Assembly: GCA_002633005.1 (NCBI GenBank)
Contig: NMRA01000158.1
Coordinates: 1 to 58,846, forward strand
DNA: 58,846 nt
Direction: 5' to 3'
Source of the DNA: Phoronis australis
Taxonomy: Eukaryota; Animalia; Phoronida
Position numbers and translations under genes: made by a program. The stretch's first letter is position 1, and each line of letters starts with the position of its first letter. Below, piece by piece: positions 23,440 to 36,724 of this stretch. The notes beneath the pieces are model-generated. The model saw nothing but the letters and a program-made list of their open reading frames with translations, ran no database searches and was not told where the DNA came from.

Positions 23440-24729
23440 CGCATAGCACTGTCTAACATAAGCGCCCTCTTTACTGTATGCCAGGGTTGACCTATAAGTG
23501 AACAGTCATAACTGATAACCAAACCACAACAATATTGATTTTAATGTTAGTCATGCGTGAAGCACTAGCTTTCGAAACCAACGTTCTAGCTGTCAAACCT
23601 CAGTTTTGACCTGGGAGTAATATACATATTGGTCCCAAGTTTTGAAACACACTCATAGTTTTCAAAATACTCAGACTAGACTTTGAAAACCTCTCGTAAT
23701 CGAAGTTTTCATTGTCTTGATCATGGCTTTTTATCTTTAAGATTATTAATATGAGCCCTGACGTAACGAAAGGTCTTTCAGTTGGGAGCTAGGGACATGT
23801 AGTACTATAGTAAACTCCTTTCTGGGAGTCAGCGTGCAGGCTCAGGGATGAGACGAGAAAAAACAGAGCACTGGTGTCGACCAGATCAGTAGAACAAAAC
23901 GTCTGATGCTATTTGGCTCCATTCCAATCACCAAAAGAAATGTTTTATCATTTCCACAATTTAATTGTCTTCTTACGGGGTCAATGACATTTTTGCCTCT
24001 CCTACGTTTATCACGAAATCAGTGAATTCCTAGTTCTGTTGTTAGTAAATAGACACGTTAGTTGGCGTGTAGGAGTTAGAGATATAGAGGCAGAGACGGT
24101 CTAGCACGTGACACGTATAACACGACGGACGTGTGTGGAACTGAGCGTTATTAGGCCTTCAGGTGTAGTCAACTAGAAACCCGACTAGAAACCCACTTCC
24201 GGAACACAAGTTCGCAAACTACATTTTCAATCCATTTTCTGGTCTTCAAAACATTGCCATGCACTGCGCCAAAAGTTCTCCACGTCACTATTGTTCTTTT
24301 TCGAGTTACGGCATGTTTAAAGTACTCCTAATTGCAGTAGATTTTAAGAGAAAAGGTAAAACATCGAATGTGGGTTTGAATGCATTTATGTCCGCAAAAG
24401 TTGCCAGTGAGATAATATTTATAGTAGCAAGTCTTAGTATCAAAACATTTAGCCAGGTGATGTATTGTAAATGCTTACATTTTCCACAAAACTAAACAGG
24501 TTATCTGCATTTATTTCCCATGTCCTTGTGCAACGAACACATACAAGTTGTGCTTCAGATAACTGCAAGAAATAGAATTTACATGTTGAAAAAGTTATCT
24601 TATTAAGATTTGTCACGAGCAAGGTTTCAAAATGCACCTCCACCAAAAAATTGGGAACTACCTGATATTACAGCTACAAGAAGTTTATTGTATCCATAAA
24701 AACACACAATTTATTCGCATTCCAACAGC

Positions 24730-25435
24730 TTTTTATGCGCCCACATATTTATATGTGGAAGCATCATGCCGTTATCTCCCTACGTAAGGGCGGCGTCCGT
24801 CCGGCGTCCGGCGTCCGCTGCTCTATCTCCACAACTCTTTGACATACGTTCATGAAATTTGGCACATATGTTTCATTTATAAATGGCACGGCATGAGCGA
24901 ATTTCGAACGGATCCAACTACCGGTGTGCCCCCTAGTGGCACGTTTACCTTTATATCTTCAAAAGTCCTTAACGGATTCTCATGAAATTTAATATGTGGG
25001 CACCTATTAGTGAGGTGACGCTATCCTCCTGTTTTGGATGGATTCGACGTAGTTTGCGCCACCTAGTGGACTTTTTTACTGTTTTCGAGTCTTTACGTCA
25101 GCCCCTTAATAAACCAAACCGCTAAAAGGATGATTGTGAAAATTGGCACGTATGTGCTTACTATAAAGAGGACGGTTGACGATGACTTTCCGACGATTTC
25201 GACTACTGTGACGCCTCCTGGTGGCAGGTTTGTTTTTGTTGCGCCTATGGCTGCATCTCCTAAACCGTTCGCAAGATCTTTACTTAATTTAGCAAGTGTA
25301 TTTATATGATGTTGACTACGGATGACGACAACTTTCGAACAGATCTGAATACTACTGTGCCCTCTAGTGGCAAATTTAGTTTTTTATGTTTAACTCAGTA
25401 TCTTCAAAGGTCCTCGACACACAAATGCTGCAAAT
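24730..25435 (+). mobile_element. Helentron-associated (DINE-1/HINE-like) non-autonomous element
   Basis: TTTTTATGCGCCC start, hairpin CCACATAT-TT-ATATGTGG, (CGTC/CCGG)n microsatellite, then degenerate tandem units containing TGAAATTTGGCAC and GCC(C/A)CCTAGTGG. Confidence 0.7.
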
Positions 25436-25439
25436 TCTT

Positions 25440-26340
25440 ACTTCAGTAAACTAAAGAGTTCCAAAATCTCCAGGTAATTTGGCCATAATCTGCGGGCAAT
25501 AAAATATCGCAAAAATATAGTCCAAAAATAATAAGTTCGTAAGACAGACAGTTGGGAAGCTGTATGAGACACTTTTGAAGTAGTTTTCCGAATTTTTTCC
25601 AAAAATCTTGTACAAGGCGACATTCCCAAAAATGTGTGACAGCGTCTCTGGAGGTTTATTACGAAAAGGAACATAAATTAGAATCCCGAACACGGATTTT
25701 GACTAAACAGGTATTTGTTGCAATAATCCTGTGTAATATTCTAAATTGGAACCATCTAATGTTGGGATCCTTTGTAATTTCACAAGGCAATGCGTATATT
25801 TTCTTCCAATCTAAACTATTTCCTGACTCTATTTCCCATTTGCATTCTGACTTCGAAGGTTTCTTAACATCATTATAGAATGAGCAAATAATTATGTCTA
25901 CAACCCTTCAAGTCTTTCCGTTAGTGAGTAATTGCTCAAGGCATGCAGGGAGAGTAGACATTAACACTTTTAAATTTACTTTGAAATATACGCTTTTCTG
26001 AAACCTTCTTAGAACAGAAACAACGTCATTATATTCTACACAGTTGTTTTTTACATCGAAACCATTTATCATATGGTTTAAACTAACGAAAGCACCATCA
26101 GATGTATACATATCTTTGATAAATCTTAAGCCTTTTACAAACCAAGACTTATAAAAAACACTTGTGCCTCCGATCGCCAAGTTACTATTGAACCACAAAG
26201 GTTGATTCAAAAAGTCCTCTTTAATCGCAACAATTATTTTCATGTAGAAAAAAAATGTCATACTTCCAAATACGTCGTGCCAGTAAGAAATTACCAATTA
26301 GAGTTAACTTCGACTTAATAAAGTCATCTTAAGAACGGGT
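25440..26340 (-). mobile_element. L1/Tx1-clade LINE ORF2 3' part (decayed)
   Basis: NQPLWFNSNL...FYKSWFVKGLRFIKD, then a WFQFRILHRIIATN...LCSF...PETLSHIF zf-RVT-like segment, with stops and frameshifts. Confidence 0.8.
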
Positions 26341-26385
26341 AGAGTGAGTACAGTAATTCACCTCTTTTAGACGGAGAGCTTTCAA

Positions 26386-26470
26386 GATATTTACATGTAC
26401 GGAGTCGACTCCATCTTTTAAATAAAGACTTTTAAGTCTTTATTTAAAAGATGGAGTCGACGTAAATATC
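26386..26470. repeat. Perfect 28-bp-arm palindrome with 2-nt loop
   Basis: GTCGACTCCATCTTTTAAATAAAGACTT-TT-AAGTCTTTATTTAAAAGATGGAGTCGAC (26404-26461), extended by GATATTTAC/GTAAATATC. Confidence 0.9.
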
Positions 26471-28449
26471 TATTTAAAAATAGCTAGTTACAAACCAAAG
26501 CAACTGCTTTTCAAAACAAATAATAGCACTGTCTGTGTGAATCTGTTACACAGGGCAGTTCTTGTCCGCACAGCTTGGTTTATGAGAAAAGCCTAGCAGT
26601 AATGACCTTATCCGACTTCAGCCGAGTCAATTCTGTGAACAGGCATGATGTGGTTACATAACATCTGTGATGTCAAACCAGGAAGACAGCTGTGTATTGC
26701 AATGGCTACAAGCCGTCAACCCTCCAAAATTTTGCTTGTTCATATGTTAATTCCTTTCAATTCCATTTGTTGGCATAACTAAATTGTTTTTCGCCAAGGA
26801 GATGTAAAGACCAGTGTATCGCAGATAATCAAGCCTAATACAAAATATTACAGTTTTCATTTTTTCCATTTTCAGCAGTGAGCAAAAAGGGTGTCACGTA
26901 TATAATTGACATTTGAGTGGAGGTGGCAATCTCAATGATAGAAGTACAAGAACACTTGAAATGGAAGTCTTCTGAACTTATTTTTTTTAAATTCATGTGT
27001 TAATCTATTGAAAACATAAAAAACCCAAGGCATCAAGAAATATTATCTGAAGATTGATTAAGACAAGTTAATTCTATCATGCTTTGGACACTGAGTCATA
27101 GAAATCAAAGAACAAATTAGAGGAAGATTATGATCTAATCCGCAGTTCAAATTAAAACCTAGTGCTTTCAGTCGGAATTGTATATTTGGCTTCTACAGTG
27201 AAAGACTTTCAAGGTAGTTGAAGGTTACCGCTACTCTACATACATGTAAGTCACAACTGAAATAATCTTAGTACAGTTAAGTTTATATGTGAGCCAAAAT
27301 GATCTAATATTTTACCAAAATAAGTAAATTAGAATGCACAGTGCTTTAGAACGTTTAAGCATTACAAAAGTTATCCAACAACAAGACAAATTTGCATTAT
27401 AAGAATATGGATATGCCTAACTATTACCATGGCGACCAGGTGTTTCTTTACATTAGAATTCGTCAAGCATGATTTGAAAAAAATAAGAAATTGCATGGAA
27501 AAAGGTTTGGAGGCTGGAAACTTCACAATCCAACATACCCTATTACTCTTATTAAGAGTCTTTACATTTTGTTGCATCGATAACTTGAATTTAGAAAGCA
27601 AAAAGTTAAAATGCATGTATTAAAAGAAAGATTCATACGTAAAATTTAAAAAAATATAAATTATGTTGTGACACATAATCAAACCTTGAAGCGCAATTGA
27701 CTTTCAAAGAAAAAACGATTTTAAAACTTTTTCGACTATTTTTAAGCCGAGTGTATGGTCAACTGAATGAAATATTCACACTACAATCATTAGAGTATTC
27801 CTTATATTTTTTGCACAAAAACATAACCATTGTGCAAAGTTTCTTTTTTATAGCAGCTTTCATCAAAATGTATCAAAGTTAAGTCTTCACCAAGTACAAA
27901 ATAGTCGATTGAACATGCCCTTCAGTTCAGCAGAAGTCGCCATGTCGGTGCCGCCGGAAATGAGACTAAGTCCAACGGGAATTGTGAGCACTCAATAAGT
28001 AACATCTGCTTGGCTGAAATCCAGTGAAACTATTGAATCCCTCAGAATAGTACATGTAGGTATAGATCTTTCTCACTAAATTTCTTCGAAAATTATACTA
28101 ACTAGGCCTACTGTAAAATGTTTATGGCAACACACAAGACCATGTGCATATGTGTCCCATTTCAGAGAATTAAAGAGCAAAAGTTGCATAATAAACCGAT
28201 TCTAACAAACAGAAAGATTCCATTTGTGCCAGACAGTCCCAGTACAAACCTATGGACAGACTTGGCAGTGATCGGGTCAGGTTCCTGATGTGACGTGTTT
28301 CCGAAGATAGCCGAAGTTGAAAATTTTCTGTTCTCACAGTCTTGTGGGGAAATGGGAGCGTGTTTTAAACGAATAATAGAAGAATATAGGGTATAAAAAA
28401 AGAACTGTGGTTTATAAGCAAACATTATTAGCAATCAACACATGTGTAT

Positions 28450-29550
28450 ACATATTAACTACAACCAAATAGCTGTGTACCAATCTCTTTAATCTCAGGT
28501 ATTCTTTCAATAAAGTTCGTATTCGTCATACTATCCAATTGAGTGTCAAAATCCACCCCCAAAAATCTAAACGATTTTTTGTCCAAGACAGACTATTATA
28601 TCGGAATCACTTCATTACTACCATTTTTAATCCAAACCATATGGCTTTTGTTTTATCCACATTCACTTGGAGAATGTATTACATTCAATGTGTTAGTCAA
28701 TGACAAATTTGACCCATCCAACGTAAGTGATGTGTCGTCCGCATATTGCGAAATCAAATATTCTTTATTTCCTGCAACTACACCAGCAATATTTTTATTA
28801 TTCTTGATTAAATACGCCAAAATCTTCGCGCACAATATGAAAATGATCGATGACAAAGGATCACCTTGTCTGCATCCACGCGAAATATTGAACCAGGAAG
28901 ATGGGTGACCATTTACGACAACACAGGACATAATATTACTGTAAAAGATTTTCACTCACCTTCTGATCGACCAACCAGAATTAAAGAAAGATAAAAAAGT
29001 TTTTTGAATAAAAGTCCACGACAATGAATGAAATGATTTTTCAAAATCAATCAGTAAAAGCAATCCTGGTTTGTTAGCTGCCTGGGCATAAAACATTAAA
29101 TCATAGAACTCGCGGATATATTCATCCATATTTCTTCCAGAAACAAAAACCTGTCTGGTGTTTACTGATTAGTTTTCCCAAAACAGATTTTAACCGTTCA
29201 GCCACAGCCGAAGAAGGCAATTTGTATGTCCCATTGAGTAAGGATATGGGCCCCCAGTTTTTCAAAAATGTTTACTTCTATCTGCTCCCTTAGGGATGCA
29301 GGTAATCACTCCCTCTTTCTCTGTTGATGATAATTGGCCAACAGCAAAACCAGTATGAAGTAAGCGAACAACGAAATGTCCAATGTGAGTCCAAAAAAAT
29401 AAAAAAATTCCACTGAAAAACTGTCCCGAGCCTGGGATGTTGTTTTTCATTTTTTTCAAGCATTGACCTTCATATGTAAGAGGACCTTCTAATTTTTGTT
29501 TTTCTGTTTGGAGACACAAACCTTCAAGAGTTTCTAAAGCAGTATTACGA
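28450..29550 (-). mobile_element. L1/Tx1-clade LINE reverse transcriptase region (decayed)
   Basis: RGCRQGDPLS.IIFILCA.IL...I...KNIAG.....EYLISQYADDT and GVITCIPKG motifs. Same orientation as 25440-26340, so probably one element split by a ~2-kb insertion. Confidence 0.88.
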
Positions 29551-29771
29551 TGACATTCCGCCCAGTCGTTTATTCACACGAATTCTTGACCTGAACTTGT
29601 AGGAAAGTTTTGACGACCTAGTGCCATCACCATAAGCGAGGGAGGGTAGGTGAACCCCTTAGCTTCAAAATGTGCGTAACGCGCAGCACTGCAACCGTCT
29701 TTTGCGCCCTCTGGCTGTTTTGGTGTATTGGAGGTGCAGCCGTCTTTGTTGAATGAACTGTGTCTTCTTCT

Positions 29772-32100
29772 GCCTTTATTTGTACACATGGCCATCGGCC
29801 CAAAGTACAACAAACAAGCAAACAAGATCATTGGAGTACTATGCACACTAGTCAGTAATGCTCAAGCTGTTCCGTTTTTTAGATGCGTAGCATGCATATT
29901 TCACCACTGAGATATCGGGATTACATAATAGTCTATGAAATTTAAACAAAGAGGGACTTGTCCAGAGGCTCTCACTCTGATTTCGGAAAACGCGTCGCAA
30001 ACTAACAAAAAGTGATATTCATCCTCGACACAATTCCTCCAGCATCAATGTACACACTCTGTCTTGATATATCACATTTACATGACGACCAGTTTCTACT
30101 GCCAGTCTGGGACTTGCACATCGAAAACGTGTAAAACTTTGCACGAACACTCTTGGAAGATTTTCAATTTCTAAATAGTTTTCATGTTTAAATACAACCT
30201 TAAAATTTTTGTAATAGTTTAACTTAGAATTGGAATCAACATCGGACTGCCATCTTTGCAAAGCACAGTCCTTAACCCGTTGTAAGAAAATATTTACAAA
30301 CGACTCTTGACACAAGACTCCTTGGTTTACCCAAACATCATGGAAACCATACATTGACAATAAATTGCGAACTGAGCTTGCCCAATTATACATACGTCTA
30401 CCATTTTCATCTAGTCTCTACAACATGTTGTAAGCGGCCCTTGGATAACGTTCCTGTGGCATATTCAAAATTTTAAACCAGTATTTAATACAGCTAACAA
30501 AGTGTCTCGTAAACATACTATTATGGTATCTGCAACATTCACCGAATACTGCAGCGTTAGAGCAAGAACTGCCAAGTCCCAGGAACCATTTACAATTTTT
30601 TTAATTCTTTAAAACCCCAAATCTCTGCACCATAACACAATGTTGGGTACACCAGTTTATCAAATAACTGAAAGGCAAGTGATGGAGGCATATCGCGACA
30701 TCTGTAGTTTCAAAACACGTGACGCAGCATTATTTGCTTGACAAGAAAGAGTTTTTGTCGCTTTCGACCATGACAATTTTGTGTGATAAAAATACTAAGA
30801 TACTTATAATGAGATACAGTATCAACTTGCTGTTTGTTAAAAAATATTTCTCATAGTGTCTTAAGGGACCTACATTTCTAAATACAGTTATTTTGGTTTT
30901 CTTTAAATTCACTGCTATACCCCATGAACCACAATAATCATTGAGACAATTCAACATTCGTTGCAAGTTAAACGCTGTTAGAGAGCACAAAACCATGTCA
31001 TCTGCATATAATAATGAATTAATGTTTGCAGTATGCTCATCTAAGTAGATGCTATTTATATCACAACGTTAATTGAGTTTTCTAAAAACTCATTGAGATA
31101 CAAAAAATAGTAGAAGGCTTATCATACAGCCTTGCCGAGTTCCAGTAGTGCCATTAAAAGGGTCTGTTAAGCCATCACGTGTTTTAACACATGATCTCAA
31201 CTTGCTTTACATTGATCACAGAATTGATAACATATTGCCATGAAAATTAATTTGCATAAGTCTATGAAAAAGTAAGATATGTGGCACTCGATCAAAAGCT
31301 TTTGAAAAGTCAATAAATGCACAATAGAACCTGCCACCCCTTTTGCTTATGTGTTTCTGACATATCGCATACAAAGAAAATATATGATCAACAGTCGCGT
31401 AACCCTTGCGGAACCCTGCTTGGGCTTCAAACAGTTGACCGATACTTTCGGCACAGTTATGCAATCGGTTATTCAGTATTCTGGTAAAGACCTTCCCAAA
31501 AGCCGACAGAAGCGAAATACCTCTATAATTATTATCATCGTCCACGTTACCTTGTTTAAACAACGAAATTAACATCGCATCACACCAAGCCTGGGGATAG
31601 AAACCTGACTCGAGAATTACATTGAATAATTTATGCAGAATCGACGAAATGAATGTTTTGGTACATTTTAACATTTCAAAAGTAACTCAATCAATACCAG
31701 TGACCTTGGCATATGGAAGCTGATTGATATTCTGGATAATTTCATAACACGAAATGTCTGTATTTAAATCATGTTGTATGTTGTGGGTACACTTTTCACA
31801 GCAGTTGTCATGACTAGTTTGCCTATTGACGATAGTATTCATGAGTAAATCGCTAACAGGCACTTCTTTGTTTAACAGACTCTTAAAATAAGCATGCCAT
31901 TTTTGTGGTGTAATAGACGTGGCTGTGCACCTCGAAGGTTGCGTACTAAATTTGATCATTTTCCAAAATTCTTTGGGTTGTTCCTATTCTTGGAAATACT
32001 TTCTAGTAACTGAGCTTCATAATTTTTCTCTTTTTGTCTATACAAGTCACGGAATTGTTTTCTTTTTAATTTATAATTATCCATGTCAATGAACTGTGTT
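29772..32100 (-). mobile_element. RTE-X-like LINE, 5'-truncated and decayed
   Basis: NNYRGISLLSAFGKVFTRILNNRL, QAGFRKGY.TVDHIF, FIDFSKAFDRV and LYADD motifs; C-terminal RFRCASPRLAVETGRH; 3' end GGGCCGATGGCC...AATAAA at ~29775-29802. Confidence 0.88.
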
Positions 32101-33180
32101 CCTTCTATATTGTCCCCATTCCCAGCACCGAATGAATTTACGTGGCTTTCCAGGGTACTTTGTATGTGCTCACCACTCAACAACACAATTATGAATGAAA
32201 CTTATCCTGTCGAAATTTCGTATTTCCATGCATTTTATGGTTATACAAATCGACTTCAATAAATGTGTCCCCTATACACAATGAGTGGGCTTTGGTGAGA
32301 ATTATGGTCAAGCTGTGGGGTCAGGAAACTAACTTAAATTAAACTTTTATTGATTGTTTTATATTTCAGTTGATCAATGTTCTTGAATTATTCCCATCAA
32401 AAATCACTGCAGTGCAAAGCAGAGCAGGAAACTACATCGGGTGTTTTAATCTGCTTAAAATGGGTCTGGCCTGAAGATACCAGCCTTTGGCTGGGCACAT
32501 CCGATCACCTCAAACAGCGAAATTGGCCACCGACTTAACTTTTTATTTGCCACAGTAGGTGAGCAGATGGAGAGGGACTATTCTGAACAAAATTTTGAAA
32601 ACGTGGTCTTATTTAAGATGTCACTGAACAGTTAGAATGCAGCCACCTCCAATTTTCACTCCCAAAATATTAAGATTTTGATTACAAAGTATTTTAGGAT
32701 ACTGGAGCCACATTGGATAAGGACTTTAAGAAACTTGAACACAGGCACGTTCTCAGATAAGTTGCTGTTACTACAGCACAAACATGAAAAAAATATTTGT
32801 AAATAAATTGCAGCTTTAAACAAAGCAATACAACCGATGCACCTAAAAACAAGTTTGAACATAAAAACACTAGTAATTCCAAATTTATTATGTCACTTGA
32901 TACATGTACATCAAACATCGTCTACGGCCAACCAGCGCGCAGAAAGAAAATCTCATTTAACCTCAAATAGCTAAACCAATCAGCGCCATCTTGAGGCTTG
33001 GGTAGGAAATTCAAGCTTTTTTACTTGTAGATAGTTCGGAACACCACGCGATGCGCATGAAATCGCCATGCACGTTCAAGTCGAGGCCGTGTAGGTGAAG
33101 CATACACTTCTTGAAATGCCACGTTATCTTCATTTGCGAATGAAAAAACCGTGTTGCTAAATTCCTAGTTAAATTGGAAA

Positions 33181-35757
33181 ATGACATCTCTGTTTACATA
33201 TATTTATTTTCTATTGAGTGGGATCCTTAAAGGTAAGTGTAGCTTAAATACGTTCATTTGTCATAAGGAAATCTGTAACAGTGCTTCAAATCAAAATCCG
33301 ACGCGCTATTGCGGTATAACCACTAACAGACTGTTGCGTTGACGGCGACTGCAACAGAACCAGGGCAGTGGCGGATCTAGGATACCATAAGGGGGGGGCA
33401 ACATGTTGCCTCGGGGAATTGGAAAAGCGCGATTGTAGATTGTATAAGCACAGGCCAGGGGCGGATCCAGAATTTTGAGTTAGGTGGCCAGGGCAGCATA
33501 TTAGCCAGGATTTTGTCCGTCAGACATTCGCACCTCCGAACTGCCCAATGGAATCTGGGAGAATTTTAAGGGGGCCATGGCCCCCTTGGCGCCCCTCTAA
33601 ATCCGCCACTGCAGGCCGCTTGAAAGTTGCGGGGCCGGATATGTGAACCTTCTGTTCGGAAAATGCATCGTTGGACTAAAAAAACGGAACTCGATTCCGC
33701 AGCGATCTGAGCCCCCCCATCCGCTACGTTTCTGGCAATCAGTAATTCCTCTCGCTTCACTCTGTTGCTGTTTCAGTTTGCTTCCGGCAGCCAGGGGGGC
33801 GGGCTCCCCGACCCCCATAAATCCGCTTATGCAGGGGCCCATTTCATGAGACTTTCAAGTCTTAGATCTAAATCGGACTAATAGAAGACCAAAATTCCTC
33901 AACCCTGTTTCATGAAATTTCCCAACATGAGTTATATATTGTGTTTGCTTTAAACGGGCAAGTATTGACTTACGCTTGGCACACGTAGGTTTCTAGGGAG
34001 GCTATAGCCAGCCACCTTGTTGTATGAATACCATCGTCAAAATACAGCTGGTTACCACTGTGTGTTTTTATTCCATAGACCCCGAAATTGCACACAGCCA
34101 CAGTTGTTTTGCTCGTCGACTCGCCGTGAAACCTGTATCAGCATGTAGAGCTGAAGACGACCGGACGGGATGCATGCAAAATCTGGGAATCAAACGACCC
34201 TCACCCTGCCTGTTACAGCCGTTTAAATGAAAAACAATCTAAAAACGTCACTTTCTTGCGTAATCATTTCTAACAGTAGCAAAATTTCTAATGAAGTTCG
34301 GTTTTTCGGTATCAAAATTCTAAAAACTTATAATGAAGTGAAACCAGTTCCAATACTTTGTTGTGACGTGTACGCAACCTCGTGAAAGAACAACATTTGA
34401 TTGAAGAATCGGCGAAAAAAGAAACTGGCCAATAGGTGACGCAATATTTCATGGAGCCGAAAGCCGACGCAGAAGATTGCTCCACAACACTTTAGCAGCA
34501 GAATAACGGTTGAACGCCATTTTTTCCAAAAACAGAAAATACTTTTGTTTACTCAAACAGTTGTGCAGTTTTTAATGACACTAATTTTGTGTCATATTTT
34601 CTCTGATCGTTTTACCCACATCAGCGCAAAGCTGTATATTGAGTATACAACATTGTTCCAAGGATACACACAGTGGTATATAAGCTTCATACAGCCAGTC
34701 GTTTACAGAGCTGAGTATTGGCTGGCAGCTGGCTGGTTGGCTAGAGTCCATACTGCCCACAATCACACCAGTGTAAGTTGTTGATACGGACTGGTTGCAC
34801 GGGCAAATTTTCGTTTGACGATGACGACGTCTGGGTATCACTTTGTGTTGTTTTGGCTAAAACAGGTATGCTTTGTGACACGACATTCCACACTAAAATT
34901 TGAAGAACGCCACTTGATTGCACGCTAACTGAGTAGGACACTGACTTTACTCCCCCCACCACCAAATACGCCACTAGAAGCTAGAAGCAGCGCTCCAAGT
35001 GCATGATTTTTGACTTACGTTAGAGAATATCACTTTACTTTTGAATTATCAGTGAAATTAATTTACAACTCATAGAAAACTATTCAAAATTTGTTCAGAA
35101 TAAAATAGAGTTCCCTTTTAAGTTCTTTGGCTACAGACTGCGTTCACGATTTCCAAGGGATTACACCTGACTGATCGTTTAATTTCAGTGGAAGTAGACA
35201 GCTTTCAACAAAAAATTAAGTATGCAACACAATAATCGTTAGCTTTTACAAAATAGACTGTGTGGATTGATATGTCAAATGCTTTGCTGTCTTGCATTTG
35301 GCTCACAATAGCTACAGTAGGAACCAATGCGTCTGCATGGCATACATTGTTCAATTGTCTATAAATTCCTCCTCTTTTGCTTTTTCAGATGTTGCAATTT
35401 CTGCCCTTCGTGTGACTGCAACTGATGAAGTCGTCGGTGTCAGCGGTGGAAATGCTACATTTAGGATTAGTATTGTTGTGGAAAGTGGTGAACACCTATA
35501 CTTTATCCAACTGGTTAAAATCTCAACAGATAGTGAAATATTTAACACTTATTACATTGGTCCACAGGGTCCAAGTTCGTTTGACGGAGCTTTTCACGTT
35601 AACTATTCATCTCGTGCTTCAACTGACTATTCTGCTGGAAAAACCGACTTCACAATCACTTTGTCACAGCTTACTTCTGATGATGAAGGACAGTACAAAG
35701 TGAATGTTCGTGGCAATGTGGGCATGAAATCTTCATATACCCGGCTTGTTGTAGACT
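33181..35757 (+). CDS. Signal peptide + V-type immunoglobulin domain protein (first two coding exons)
   Basis: Exon 33181-33232 MTSLFTYIYFLLSGILK (donor AAG|GTAAGT, phase 1) joins the phase-1/1 exon 35389-35757 (TTTTTCAG acceptor, CT|GTAAGT donor): DVAISA^LRVTATDEVVGVSGGNATFRI...DFTITLSQLTSDDEGQYKVNV...YTRLVVD. This is a V-set strand pattern. Confidence 0.8.
33366..33831. mobile_element. MITE family B with a family A MITE nested inside (33456-33611)
   Basis: Outer TSD CAGGG (33361-33365, 33832-33836). Inner element reversed, with TSD CAGGC (33451-33455, 33612-33616). Confidence 0.9.
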
Positions 35758-36724
35758 GTAAGTAGTGTTTTGGTGACATGGCTATGGTAATTTGTCGTTT
35801 ATTTTGCGTCAAAAATAATTGCCAAGATTGTCATTTTTCAATTTTGCAAAGGCTGATGAACTTGCTTTAAATATTAGAAATAGAACCAAATATTATTTTA
35901 TGACATCTGTACAGAACAAAAAGTTAATAACTGACTATGATTGGTTGATGAATTTGAGAAATTGATCTGTTTGTCTGCCATATTATGTGCTAAATAAATG
36001 AAGACTTAACATATTTGCTACAGAATGGAACCTGTAGTTAACTTTAAAAGCGATACCTTGCGTGTTTATTGTGGAAAAAAAACATTTTAGAGACCCACCG
36101 CATAGAAATTTGTCTACTACTTTTTGAATCTTCCGCCAGGCACAGAGCAGCTCCGTATGTACCCACAGTCCTTTCATTAACTGAGTGGCTATAATATTGG
36201 GTAGACTAGGAGTGCATGGAGCATAGAAAGATGCCGTTGAAAACGTTGAAGACAAAATTGTAGCTTTGATCCTGAGACAGTTCTTTGCGTCTGCGTGCAC
36301 ACGGTCGTTGAGAACGAATGCACCAAGTCCGAGTCTCCGCCCGGCAGGTTTATTTTTCAAGAACATAGCAAGTTGTGAAAATAGGTATATCCTCACAAAA
36401 CTTCATTGATTTCATCGTTTATTTGACGTTTCTCTGCTTCCATCACGAATCCATTTCGCGTTTTCACCACCGTCTCGATTTTTATTGTCTATTTTGTTTT
36501 TGGTTTCTAGATATCAGTCTCTATGGCGCGTACTTCATCTGTTGCGTATCGCAATGAACTATTGACCTACTTACTGCTGACTCCGCCTTTGACCTAGGTT
36601 GACTCGATTTACTGAAGTCTGACCATAGACTATAGTACATAATCTATGGTCTGGCTTGCAAATTGACCTATCGCAAGCTCCGCCCCTATGCGAAAAGTCA
36701 CGTGATACCAGACATTCGAACAAG

